A stretch of 35,172 nucleotides of DNA from the IMG/VR virus record IMGVR_UViG_3300037634_002640, positions 1 to 35,172 of that record. The stretch is one strand, 5' to 3'. Source of the DNA: a virus (Duplodnaviria > Caudoviricetes). The position numbers and the translations under genes are program-made. Below the pieces are notes generated by a model. The model saw nothing but the letters and a program-made list of their open reading frames with translations. It ran no database searches and was not told the origin of the DNA. Shown here in pieces: positions 7,989 through 17,197 of this stretch. Numbering within the stretch: position 1 is the first letter of the stretch; each line of letters opens with the position of its first letter.

Positions 7989-10900
7989 ATGAGAGGTGTT
8001 GGAAAATGTTGTTGTTGTGGTGGTAGATGTGATGGTAAAGAGCATCGGTATGATTCTACCAACGATACGAAATGTCCCATATGCGCATTAGGATCAACAA
8101 ATGCTCCCTGGAGTTTTGATCCCAAGGCACCCACACACCCAGAATATGAACAAGCACAAAATTTAATAGACGAATCCGATAATCCAGATGGAGACTATGA
8201 CGACCTCTCAGGACGTGAACCCGCTATTCCTTGGACTCATTATAGACACCCAGATAATCTTCATGTCGGTAATTTATGTTGGGAAAATCACGATTCAGAA
8301 TATACACTGGGACAACCTTCCTATCCCGGAGATGATAGACACATTGTTGATATAACAGAAAATGGAACATGGGAATATAATACAGAAGAATGTGACTGGA
8401 ATCGTTGTATACATTCATATCCTGACAAGGCAATTACAGCACTTCCTGTTTTTTATCAATTTAAATCGCCATTTGGTGTGCTTCCTTTTTCGCCACAATC
8501 GTTCATGGACTGGATTGATAATTGGGAGGGGCCATTAGAACCACGGGGCGACTGTACCATGCATTGTACAGAAGAAAATATCAATTGCCATAAGATTGCA
8601 TTTGTTGGTTCGTTAGGAAATTATTACGGTGATTCATCGTTGTTTTATTCCAATCCGGCTGAATTTAATTGGTGGCCACAATGTAATAAACCTTCTCACA
8701 CTGCACCTGTCACAATACCGCCATATCCCGGTCAAGATAATGAAAATTGGGAATGGATACGCGAATGGATAATGTCGGGTGGTAAACTTGTAATTATTGG
8801 AGCATCTTATGGTAAAAAATGGCTTGAAAGTGGAATGAGTCTGAGATGTGGACCAGGTATATTTAATATACAACCAAATCGATATATGAGAGAAAATACT
8901 GACTATACTGAAATGTATGGAAATCGAGGTAGTAGTGCGGAATCGGAAACATACACCAATCAGGTATATGGAAACACCTTTGATAATACATGTGATTATG
9001 TTTCTACAGGTGATGAGGATGGGGGAGAAACAGCCGGTTATTGGGGACGAGGAAGATTATACTTGGATATGGAGATTCAAGAATTACTTCGTGATTTTGC
9101 ATATTATTGTGGTGCATCTGCTGGAATAACTGGACCTGCATGGTATAAGGATCCTACATGGTTCCCAAATTATGGTATCACGGCGGGTTATACAGGAGAT
9201 GATTTAGAGGATAGAGTTCCTTATATAAACGAAATTGAAATATCAAGCGGCGATGCCACATATTTGAAAAGTTGTTGTCAAAAAACAGTAGATCCGTTTG
9301 AAATAGATGGTTTAAGTTTACCATTTGAATGTTCAAACAGCGGTAAACTTGTGCCCATAGAAGAAGAAGGTGGACTCACTTTAGCGAAAAGTTGCACAAA
9401 AGGTGAAAAGCAAAAAGATTGTTGTTGTACCGCAGTTTGGAAAAAAAATGGTAAGGGTGCGGTTGTTGTAATTAACGACACAAACGTATGGGGACTTACC
9501 AATGCACAAATTCCATTACTTTTCCATGATATAAAACTACTTGATCCGAGTCACGATATGAATTCGGAAGAATTAAAATTACGTTCTTGTAATAATGATT
9601 TTTGGAAATTCATGTGTGAAGATTTTTTATCTGAAGAAGGGTATAGTGTTGATACAGGAGATTCTTGTGGAGATTGTTTTTGGGACAACAAAGATGTTCC
9701 ATATGACGATGAGGGGGGCAATCCCTGTTTATTAACTGCTGCGTGTTGCTTAGAAGATAATACCTGTATTGATACCAATAAATGGGATTGTTTTGAGCAA
9801 AAAGGAAGATGGAGCATGGGGGGAGAATTGAGTGGATCAGATACATTTGGATTGGAGCAAACCGAACCACTAAATCCTTGGTTGCCTGGAGAGTGGACTG
9901 GAAAAAATCAATTAAGAAGTTGTACCCCAAAATGCGCCGAATTTACATGTAAAGATCGGCCGCCTGGCGTGTGTTGTAGGAGAGAACCAGACGGTTTGTG
10001 GACATGTGCTTCTGATAAAAATGTGGATAGTCCTGAAAGTGAACTGATCGAAGATGAGAATTGTTGTGAAGTTAACAATGATGATGGATTTGAATATCAT
10101 TTTATATCAAGTCCAAATACACCCATGGGTTGCCATAATTGTTTTATTCCAGATTATAGTACACCTCCTATTATTACATTGTGTTGTGCGGGAGAAAATG
10201 GTGAAGGTGATGAAGGTGATGAAGGTGATGTTGAATGTTATGTCCACGACGATGGAACGGTTGTTGTTAATGGAATTGAACATGAGCCTGTTACATATTG
10301 TAGTTTGTGTGACTGGTTAAATGAATGTTCTTGTGATAATATGTGTCCTCCGATATCAGTCCTTGATGAAGAGACTGGAGAAGAGATATTAACCGAACAA
10401 AAATGTTGTAGAGGCACTTGTGTTACTGAAGAAAGTGTTTGTAGTACAAACGAAGATTGTCCTGAAGGGGAATGCTGTTCATTTAATAGTGAAGAGGGAA
10501 TATGTGAATGTGGCGATACATGTGAATGTGTAAACAACAGTGATTGTGATGGTTATTCTGATGGTTTGAATATAGATTATTGTTGTGTTGATAATTATTG
10601 CGAACCTGTTTCGCCCGGTGACGAGTGTGCTTGTAATTCTGTTCATGATTGCGAGGACGGTCAATGTTGTGGTGATGTGGATGAGGGGTGTTTGGAACCC
10701 GGATATGATGGATGCTCTTGTACTATGAATCCCGATTGTCAAGACAACAATTGCAGTAAGAGTTGTCCAGAAGATTTTTGTTGTCGTCGTCAAGAATATT
10801 GTTGTGAAGATAGTGGAGCAAATAAATGTGTTTCAATTTCTGATCCTCCAATGACCGAGTGGGAAGATTGTCAATGCAAAGCATCAGACGAGAGCAATAG

Positions 10901-12848
10901 CGACACGAAAAAGAAATGCAACAAGGCATATGCTGAGAATTGTGACAGTGAGGATGAGGATTGTGATCAATACGGACCTCCATACCAAGGGGGATGTATG
11001 TGTTGTGAAGATAGACGAACAACAGAACCTCACGATCCGACAAAAGAGATTTGGGGGGAAGATATTTACGAAGGTAGACCTGATGAAAGACATCCAATCA
11101 TACGTTCGAGATGCACGGCAGAATGTCCATGCTCAAATAATGAGGATTGTTGTAAGGGCTATTGTTGTGTTAATGAAAACATTGAGGATACTAATGCAAG
11201 GCGATTATGGGAACCTCTTTGTAGCCACAATACTACCGAATCTTGGTGTACCGATCATGGTGGCACATATTTGGGCAATGGTGTTGAATGTGATAATGAT
11301 CTGTGCGATGATATTTGTAATATAGACCAGGGTTGTGAGGAAGTAACAAAATGTAGTGTGGATTGTGGGGATTTGTGCTGTCGTTATGATTATAATTGTG
11401 TGTATTCTGATGAACCCGAAGGATCGTGTCAAGAAGTTTTCCGTTCGGATGCATTCGGTGCGTGTTGTCAACCAAACGACAATAGTTGCCTGGAAACGAA
11501 AGAATATGCTTGTCAAGATCAAAATGGTATTTGGTTAGGTCCAGATACAGGGTATTTGTGTGATGAAGAGAATAATATTTGTGAGGGAGTAGTAGAAGAT
11601 CCACCCGACACATGGACAACGTATGCTTGTACAAGAACATTAAAAGCAGATTGTCAGGAAGGAACTTGGCATTGTGGTCGCCACTGCGATGGTGATCATT
11701 ACACCAGTTGCTATGATTGCCCGGATACATGCATGGATAATAATAATTGTCCAGATAATCAATGTTGCATGAGCGGTCAGTGTGAAACTTGTGATGTTGG
11801 TGGTTGTTGTTGGGGACGGTTAGATTTTATTTCCGGAAAAGACAAAAGGTGCAGAAAATGTGATTGTGGGACAGACGGTGCTTGTCCTGGTGAATTTGAT
11901 TGTTGTCGGTCCATAGACAATGATGGAGAACCAGATAACACGTTTGCTCCTACCTGTGTGTATGGTCCTGATCTTGATCCACCTTGTCTTTGTGCAAGTG
12001 ACGACGATTGTGAAGATGAGTTTTTTTCTTGTTGTCATGACAAGCATTGTGGAATGTGTCCCTGTGACAGTGATGATCAATGTCGGGAAGGTTTTTGTTG
12101 TACTGAGGAATCGGAAGCGGATGAATCCGATTGCCAATGGTGGCATGGCGGCGGATCGGTCGATATTCCTCCAGGGGAAGGCCCTTGGTGTATGCCTTGT
12201 CCCGATTCTTGTGGAGATGATGATGATTGTAATTCGTATTCTTGTGGCGGGTCTTGTTGCTGTGGCGGGTCTTGTTGTTCGTGTGGTGGTGGCGAAGATG
12301 GTGGTGATGATGGTGACGATGGTGACGATGGTGATACCGAGTGTGGGGGTGAAGACGGTTGCCCCGTTGATGAGGGATGTTGTTGCTACAACGAGGACTA
12401 CGACTTTAATTACTGTTGTGGTTTGCATCATTGTGAAGACCCCCCCCATCCGTGTGACAATTGTGCGGGCAGCGCATACCCTTGTTGTGTGGGGTCATGG
12501 GGAGGATTCCCGAATGAAGGTAAATGTATGATGCAGTGTGTAGCCGAATATACGTGTCCTGAAACTGGTGTATTGTATTGCCCTGGTGATGGTGATTGTC
12601 CTAGTACGCAATGTCCTTGCTCGGCGTGTTGTGGTGATGAATGGCCCGACTGTTGCTGCCTTAACCCACCTGATTTGGATGACGATGATCCTGATTGTGA
12701 TGGGGTGAGTTGTTACGAGTGCCCGGGGGTCTGCGAGTCGAATGATGATTGTTATGACTGTTGTAATGATGGTCAGTGTGGGGCATGCTGCGACGGCGAT
12801 TCGCCGGGTTGTCCCTGTTCTGATTATACACCACCAGACGAACCTTGA
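7989..12848 (+). CDS. Giant Cys/Asp/Glu-rich protein (1619 aa): N-terminal CCCC, possible class-I GATase-like/DUF4350-type domain, then many GxCC and C..D.DC...CC repeats; probable virion appendage
   Basis: Long ORF with SD AAGGA. WIREWIMSGGKLVIIG and GKGAVVVINDTNVW..NNDFW motifs; repeats such as CSTNEDCPEGECC and GACCQPNDNSC. Confidence 0.75.
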   Translation: MRGVGKCCCCGGRCDGKEHRYDSTNDTKCPICALGSTNAPWSFDPKAPTHPEYEQAQNLIDESDNPDGDYDDLSGREPAIPWTHYRHPDNLHVGNLCWENHDSEYTLGQPSYPGDDRHIVDITENGTWEYNTEECDWNRCIHSYPDKAITALPVFYQFKSPFGVLPFSPQSFMDWIDNWEGPLEPRGDCTMHCTEENINCHKIAFVGSLGNYYGDSSLFYSNPAEFNWWPQCNKPSHTAPVTIPPYPGQDNENWEWIREWIMSGGKLVIIGASYGKKWLESGMSLRCGPGIFNIQPNRYMRENTDYTEMYGNRGSSAESETYTNQVYGNTFDNTCDYVSTGDEDGGETAGYWGRGRLYLDMEIQELLRDFAYYCGASAGITGPAWYKDPTWFPNYGITAGYTGDDLEDRVPYINEIEISSGDATYLKSCCQKTVDPFEIDGLSLPFECSNSGKLVPIEEEGGLTLAKSCTKGEKQKDCCCTAVWKKNGKGAVVVINDTNVWGLTNAQIPLLFHDIKLLDPSHDMNSEELKLRSCNNDFWKFMCEDFLSEEGYSVDTGDSCGDCFWDNKDVPYDDEGGNPCLLTAACCLEDNTCIDTNKWDCFEQKGRWSMGGELSGSDTFGLEQTEPLNPWLPGEWTGKNQLRSCTPKCAEFTCKDRPPGVCCRREPDGLWTCASDKNVDSPESELIEDENCCEVNNDDGFEYHFISSPNTPMGCHNCFIPDYSTPPIITLCCAGENGEGDEGDEGDVECYVHDDGTVVVNGIEHEPVTYCSLCDWLNECSCDNMCPPISVLDEETGEEILTEQKCCRGTCVTEESVCSTNEDCPEGECCSFNSEEGICECGDTCECVNNSDCDGYSDGLNIDYCCVDNYCEPVSPGDECACNSVHDCEDGQCCGDVDEGCLEPGYDGCSCTMNPDCQDNNCSKSCPEDFCCRRQEYCCEDSGANKCVSISDPPMTEWEDCQCKASDESNSDTKKKCNKAYAENCDSEDEDCDQYGPPYQGGCMCCEDRRTTEPHDPTKEIWGEDIYEGRPDERHPIIRSRCTAECPCSNNEDCCKGYCCVNENIEDTNARRLWEPLCSHNTTESWCTDHGGTYLGNGVECDNDLCDDICNIDQGCEEVTKCSVDCGDLCCRYDYNCVYSDEPEGSCQEVFRSDAFGACCQPNDNSCLETKEYACQDQNGIWLGPDTGYLCDEENNICEGVVEDPPDTWTTYACTRTLKADCQEGTWHCGRHCDGDHYTSCYDCPDTCMDNNNCPDNQCCMSGQCETCDVGGCCWGRLDFISGKDKRCRKCDCGTDGACPGEFDCCRSIDNDGEPDNTFAPTCVYGPDLDPPCLCASDDDCEDEFFSCCHDKHCGMCPCDSDDQCREGFCCTEESEADESDCQWWHGGGSVDIPPGEGPWCMPCPDSCGDDDDCNSYSCGGSCCCGGSCCSCGGGEDGGDDGDDGDDGDTECGGEDGCPVDEGCCCYNEDYDFNYCCGLHHCEDPPHPCDNCAGSAYPCCVGSWGGFPNEGKCMMQCVAEYTCPETGVLYCPGDGDCPSTQCPCSACCGDEWPDCCCLNPPDLDDDDPDCDGVSCYECPGVCESNDDCYDCCNDGQCGACCDGDSPGCPCSDYTPPDEP

Positions 12849-12883
12849 TTGATATTATAACTAACTAAGGAGATTTAATATAA

Positions 12884-13642
12884 ATGTTGATAATAAACGA
12901 TATAGTCGAACGGGTAAAGAGGCTTGAAGAATCTTGGCGTATTGTAACCGATTTGGCTCCGATTGGAGATGGGGAAACGGGTGGGTGTGGTGAAACACCT
13001 AAGAAGTTTTTATGGAATACTGTTTATCGTTGCATGAATCCCGACCCTGTTGATAATTCCGAATGTCCCGAAGATGATCCATATTGCAAGTGTCCATGCC
13101 AAGATTTAAAACCAAGCGGCGAAGAACCAACCGCAGAAGATCTTAGAGAGGCATTGGTTGGTATAAGTGGAGACACTGAAGTGTGTGATGCGATCAAAGA
13201 AGTGCTGGGGGAAGAATATTTGGGATGTATGTGGGACAATCCAGAAAGTGCATTGAATTGTTCTTGTCCTTGTGTGGGGGAAAAATTTTCAGAATATTTA
13301 GAGTATGTGAACACACAGGCAACATTTTGGGATACTCCAAAAACTACTCCGCTATGGCGAAATGCTCAAATGAATTTGTTGGGTTCACAGGTTGCAACGA
13401 TGATAATTGATGGGGATTTATCTTTGCGTCCAGGAACAATAATAAATGTTGTTGATATTGTTCCAATAGAGGGTAGTGGTAAGGAGAAACGTTTTTCGGG
13501 CAATTGGATGGTGACGGGAATTTCCCATGCAATGCCAAACGTAATGAACCACAATATGAGATTGACTCTTCAAAGAGACAGTGTTCCGATATCACCCGAT
13601 GATGGAAAAGAACCTGAAAGTTTTTGGGATTGGTTGTTGTAA
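12884..13642 (+). CDS. Baseplate hub C-terminal part (gp27/late-control-D-like barrel) with Cys-rich N-terminus
   Basis: IIDGDLSLRPGTIINV...KRFSGNWMVTGISH......MRLTLQRDS is the characteristic C-terminal signature of T4-like hub proteins; SD AAGGAG. Confidence 0.78.
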   Translation: MLIINDIVERVKRLEESWRIVTDLAPIGDGETGGCGETPKKFLWNTVYRCMNPDPVDNSECPEDDPYCKCPCQDLKPSGEEPTAEDLREALVGISGDTEVCDAIKEVLGEEYLGCMWDNPESALNCSCPCVGEKFSEYLEYVNTQATFWDTPKTTPLWRNAQMNLLGSQVATMIIDGDLSLRPGTIINVVDIVPIEGSGKEKRFSGNWMVTGISHAMPNVMNHNMRLTLQRDSVPISPDDGKEPESFWDWLL

Positions 13643-13691
13643 AAACAATAAATAAACACATATATACAAATACAAGTAAGGTACAATTTCA

Positions 13692-14102
13692 ATGTCATCC
13701 GATAATATAAAATATTCTGATTTTTCGTTTAATTTTTTAAAAAACGAATTCAACAATGATGTGTTGAAAGTTGTTGATAGAACTTCTATTCATCAATCTT
13801 TAAAAAACATTCTTCTGACAATGAGGGGCGAAAAACCCTTTAATAGAAATTTCGGAACAAACATATGGAAAAATCTCTTTGAGGAAATGGATAGTATTGA
13901 ATTTCTTAATCTTCGACAAGGAATAGAGTCTCAAATTAAAGGTTTTGAGCCAAGAGTCAAACTAACAAATATTACGTTCGATGATTCAGAAGTAGATTCC
14001 AACACATTAACGATAAAATTAGAATTTGATATTGTTTCCTTTAATGATAATATTGCAACAGTTAAAGACTCTATGAAAATAAGCATATTAAAGGTAAGAT
14101 AA
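13692..14102 (+). CDS. gp25: Baseplate wedge subunit gp25 (GPW/gp25 family)
   Basis: YSDF.F.F, SIHQSLKNILLTMRGEKPFNRNFG...LFE and FEPRVKL motifs; C-terminal LKVR. Confidence 0.95.
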   Translation: MSSDNIKYSDFSFNFLKNEFNNDVLKVVDRTSIHQSLKNILLTMRGEKPFNRNFGTNIWKNLFEEMDSIEFLNLRQGIESQIKGFEPRVKLTNITFDDSEVDSNTLTIKLEFDIVSFNDNIATVKDSMKISILKVR

Positions 14103-15902
14103 ATGGCAACACCGGATAATATACAACTTGGAAGTTTAGATTTTGTTTCTATTAAAAATAGTATAATCGATCATCTGAAATCGCAAGATACGCTAAAAGA
14201 CTACGATTATACAGGATCTGTTGTGCAAGTGCTTTTAGATATTTTAGCATACAATACATTATATTATGGATTTTATACTAACATGATCGCAAATGAAATG
14301 TTCTTAGACACGGCTCAAAAAATGGAATCGCTCATATCTTTAGTGAAACCATTAGGTTTTGTTGTTCCGGGAAAAGTGTCTGCTAAATCCACAATAAAAT
14401 TAACCAACGGTACATGTGAAAAATCACGTTTTGTTCCGAAGTATTCTCGATTTACGGGCAATGATGGGTTGGGAGTTGCATATAATTTCTACAATATAGA
14501 ATCGTTTTACTTAGATAATAATTGCGAATCAGTAATTACAGTAGTAGAAGGTAAAAACTTGTTCAAAGAAATGACTCTTGCTGTAGATCCACAAACCAAA
14601 AAGGGGTTCATAGAAGGGTTAGATGTTGACACCACTACAATTGTTGTTGAAGTTTATAATACTGATCAAATGACAAACATACGGGGAGAAGAGGTTGATG
14701 TTGGATGGGAAATATGGTCAAGAGCAACAAACATTGAGTCGGGATTGGACCAAACAAGTAAGATATTTTGGTTAGAGCGATCAGAGTATGGTTTTTTTAT
14801 AGTGTTTGGCGGTGCCTATGGAGACGCAGTGTTTACTCAAGTTGGTAAAAGATTGACAAACAACGATAGAGTAAGAATATCATATCTGAAGAGTAGTGGA
14901 ACAAGGGGTAATGGTGTGTCGGGTTTTTCGTGGGAGGGCACCCAAACAATTACAACATTAGCGATAAGTTCTGGGGGGGAAGAAGAACCCAACTTAGAAG
15001 CCATTCGCTTTTTTGCGCCTAAGTGGTTTGCATCACAGGATAGGGCTGTGACTAAAGAAGATTGTAGATCACTTTTAGTAGAAGCAGGATTTGTAGGAGA
15101 TGCCGATGATCCATATTCTAAATTTAATGTATGGGGCGGAGAAGAGATGGATCCTCCTCGGTATGGTAGAGTTTTTGTTTCTTTGTCAGAGAATTATGAT
15201 AGTGATTTTACAGCACCAGCAGATGCAATTGCAATTCTTGAAAAGAAAACATGTGTTAGTATATTACCCGAATACATGTCTTCGTTTGATTATGGGTTCA
15301 AATGTGTTGGAAATGTATCGTATGATCCCATGCAAACAAACTTAAGTGAAGAAGTTTTATCTGGTATAATAAATGAAAAAATAAAGGATCATTATCCAAA
15401 TATGTTTGATTCTGAAATTAGCATTTCTAGTTTGGTAAATCAAATTAATTTAATTGATTCTTCGTTGAATGCAAACACTAATGATATTAGTTTAACCATA
15501 TCTAAAAAAATAGACCCCACAAACACTATGCCTGTACTACATGAATTTAAAAATCCTCTAATTGCGGGGAGTTTATCTTCAGATGAATTTGTAGCACATT
15601 CATCATTAGATGTGGATGTGCCGATGGGTGATAGTAGATTAATTAGACTTAGGGTTCGTGATACTTTGGTTGGCGACGAATATCAAGTTATTGTTGCATA
15701 TTATTATTGGAATAATCAAGTTGATACTGTGGTAGCAATTGCCGGTAAGTATTACCCTCTTTCTGGAAAGGTTATATTAAATCCTAATATATCGTCTGAA
15801 GAATTTGATATTCATGTTGTACCGGAGCAAGCAAAATTCAAAGCGAAGGAAAATATGTTTCTTAAACTTCAATCCCTTGATATAAACCTTGTAGCGGTAT
15901 AA
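14103..15902 (+). CDS. gp6: Baseplate wedge subunit gp6
   Basis: LDFVSIKNSI..HLKSQD..KDYDYTGS....LLDILAYNT.Y...Y.NM.ANEMFLDTA, APKWFASQDRAVTKED and WGGEEMDPPRYGRVFVS motifs. Confidence 0.95.
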   Translation: MATPDNIQLGSLDFVSIKNSIIDHLKSQDTLKDYDYTGSVVQVLLDILAYNTLYYGFYTNMIANEMFLDTAQKMESLISLVKPLGFVVPGKVSAKSTIKLTNGTCEKSRFVPKYSRFTGNDGLGVAYNFYNIESFYLDNNCESVITVVEGKNLFKEMTLAVDPQTKKGFIEGLDVDTTTIVVEVYNTDQMTNIRGEEVDVGWEIWSRATNIESGLDQTSKIFWLERSEYGFFIVFGGAYGDAVFTQVGKRLTNNDRVRISYLKSSGTRGNGVSGFSWEGTQTITTLAISSGGEEEPNLEAIRFFAPKWFASQDRAVTKEDCRSLLVEAGFVGDADDPYSKFNVWGGEEMDPPRYGRVFVSLSENYDSDFTAPADAIAILEKKTCVSILPEYMSSFDYGFKCVGNVSYDPMQTNLSEEVLSGIINEKIKDHYPNMFDSEISISSLVNQINLIDSSLNANTNDISLTISKKIDPTNTMPVLHEFKNPLIAGSLSSDEFVAHSSLDVDVPMGDSRLIRLRVRDTLVGDEYQVIVAYYYWNNQVDTVVAIAGKYYPLSGKVILNPNISSEEFDIHVVPEQAKFKAKENMFLKLQSLDINLVAV

Positions 15903-15912
15903 GGGAAAATTT

Positions 15913-17187
15913 ATGTCTCTTTATGGATCTATATTCAAAAATTCTGACCAAAATACGAACTATAGAATGCTTATCTTGGGACAAGAGTTGCCTAATTTTC
16001 AGGATATTCTTGATAACGCACATTCCATAAACATAGACCATTTATTTCCTATGTGGATGCTCGATAGGAGTGCGGGGTCTACTAATGTTACTTCTTTGTT
16101 TATACAAACGTATTATAATTGGTTATATAATAACAGTGGATACAAATTAAACAAGACCGCATATAACACAGTTGGGTTACGGGAGTTGTTGGACATAAAA
16201 CAAACTTCTGTAGAAATGTTAAAGCATTTTGTGTTTACATATGCTCCGAGTTTTCCTACACAACAGATTAATGAAGACAATGCAGATAACATAAAAGTTT
16301 TTATAACAAACATTCGTCGAGATTTATATCAACGAAAAAGCAATGAAGAGGCATATTTTTACTTTTTTAATTCATTGTATAATACATCAGAAGAATCCGG
16401 CGGATTCGAATCCGAAAAACCAAACACAATACCTTCTGTTTCTTTAGAGTATCCCAAAATAAAAATATTTCGGTTGAATGGGGGTAGATTTGAGCATTAT
16501 GGGTGGAGTGGTTATCAAGGAGAAACTGGTGATTATGGAAGTCTACCAAATCTTCTTCATCTTGGGGGAAGTTATCTAAACGGTCATATCCTACAAGATA
16601 GTGAATTTTACCAGGATTATTCATATGTGTTAATGACAGAGAGCGACATAGATCCAGATTCGGGACTGCCAATTTATCAAGAGGCTCTCATGGATATGTT
16701 GCATCCTGTAGGAATTAAAGCATTTTTAGAAATGACCATAAAGGATTATATACCCCCAGATGATTACGACCCAGAAGTTGATGAGTGTGAAACTCCCGTG
16801 ATTGGTAATTATTTTGCATATCGACTGAATGACGGGGCTAGTAAAAATGTATGTTCGGGATGTACTGTGTCTGGGGATGGTTGGTCCACTATATTTGATG
16901 GTCCCACCGCAATGTTTTATGGTGTTTCTGAATCAAATCTTGGGGGGATGACTGGGTGGACGTATGGGGATGCGTGGGCAAGACTTGGAACTGGTGGAAT
17001 AGTCTTACCATACAACATGCCAACCTACACATACCCAGAATGGTCAGAAGGAATTACAGGAGATGAGTCGCAGTACCCATTTAATAATATAGATATAGGA
17101 AACATGTTGTATCTTTGTCCTCTAGAATATAGTTTGAATTTGGGCATTACAGGATGTACTGCTCCTGGAGAACCGACAAGTTGTTAA
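15913..17187 (+). CDS. gp7: Baseplate wedge initiator gp7-like (compact form), Cys-containing C-terminal tail
   Basis: FIQTYYNWL, LLDI, DLYQRKSNEEAYFYFFNSLYN, YPK..IFRL.GG, LQDSEFYQDYSYV and LHPVG motifs; follows gp6. Confidence 0.82.
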   Translation: MSLYGSIFKNSDQNTNYRMLILGQELPNFQDILDNAHSINIDHLFPMWMLDRSAGSTNVTSLFIQTYYNWLYNNSGYKLNKTAYNTVGLRELLDIKQTSVEMLKHFVFTYAPSFPTQQINEDNADNIKVFITNIRRDLYQRKSNEEAYFYFFNSLYNTSEESGGFESEKPNTIPSVSLEYPKIKIFRLNGGRFEHYGWSGYQGETGDYGSLPNLLHLGGSYLNGHILQDSEFYQDYSYVLMTESDIDPDSGLPIYQEALMDMLHPVGIKAFLEMTIKDYIPPDDYDPEVDECETPVIGNYFAYRLNDGASKNVCSGCTVSGDGWSTIFDGPTAMFYGVSESNLGGMTGWTYGDAWARLGTGGIVLPYNMPTYTYPEWSEGITGDESQYPFNNIDIGNMLYLCPLEYSLNLGITGCTAPGEPTSC

Positions 17188-17197
17188 GGAATAATAA

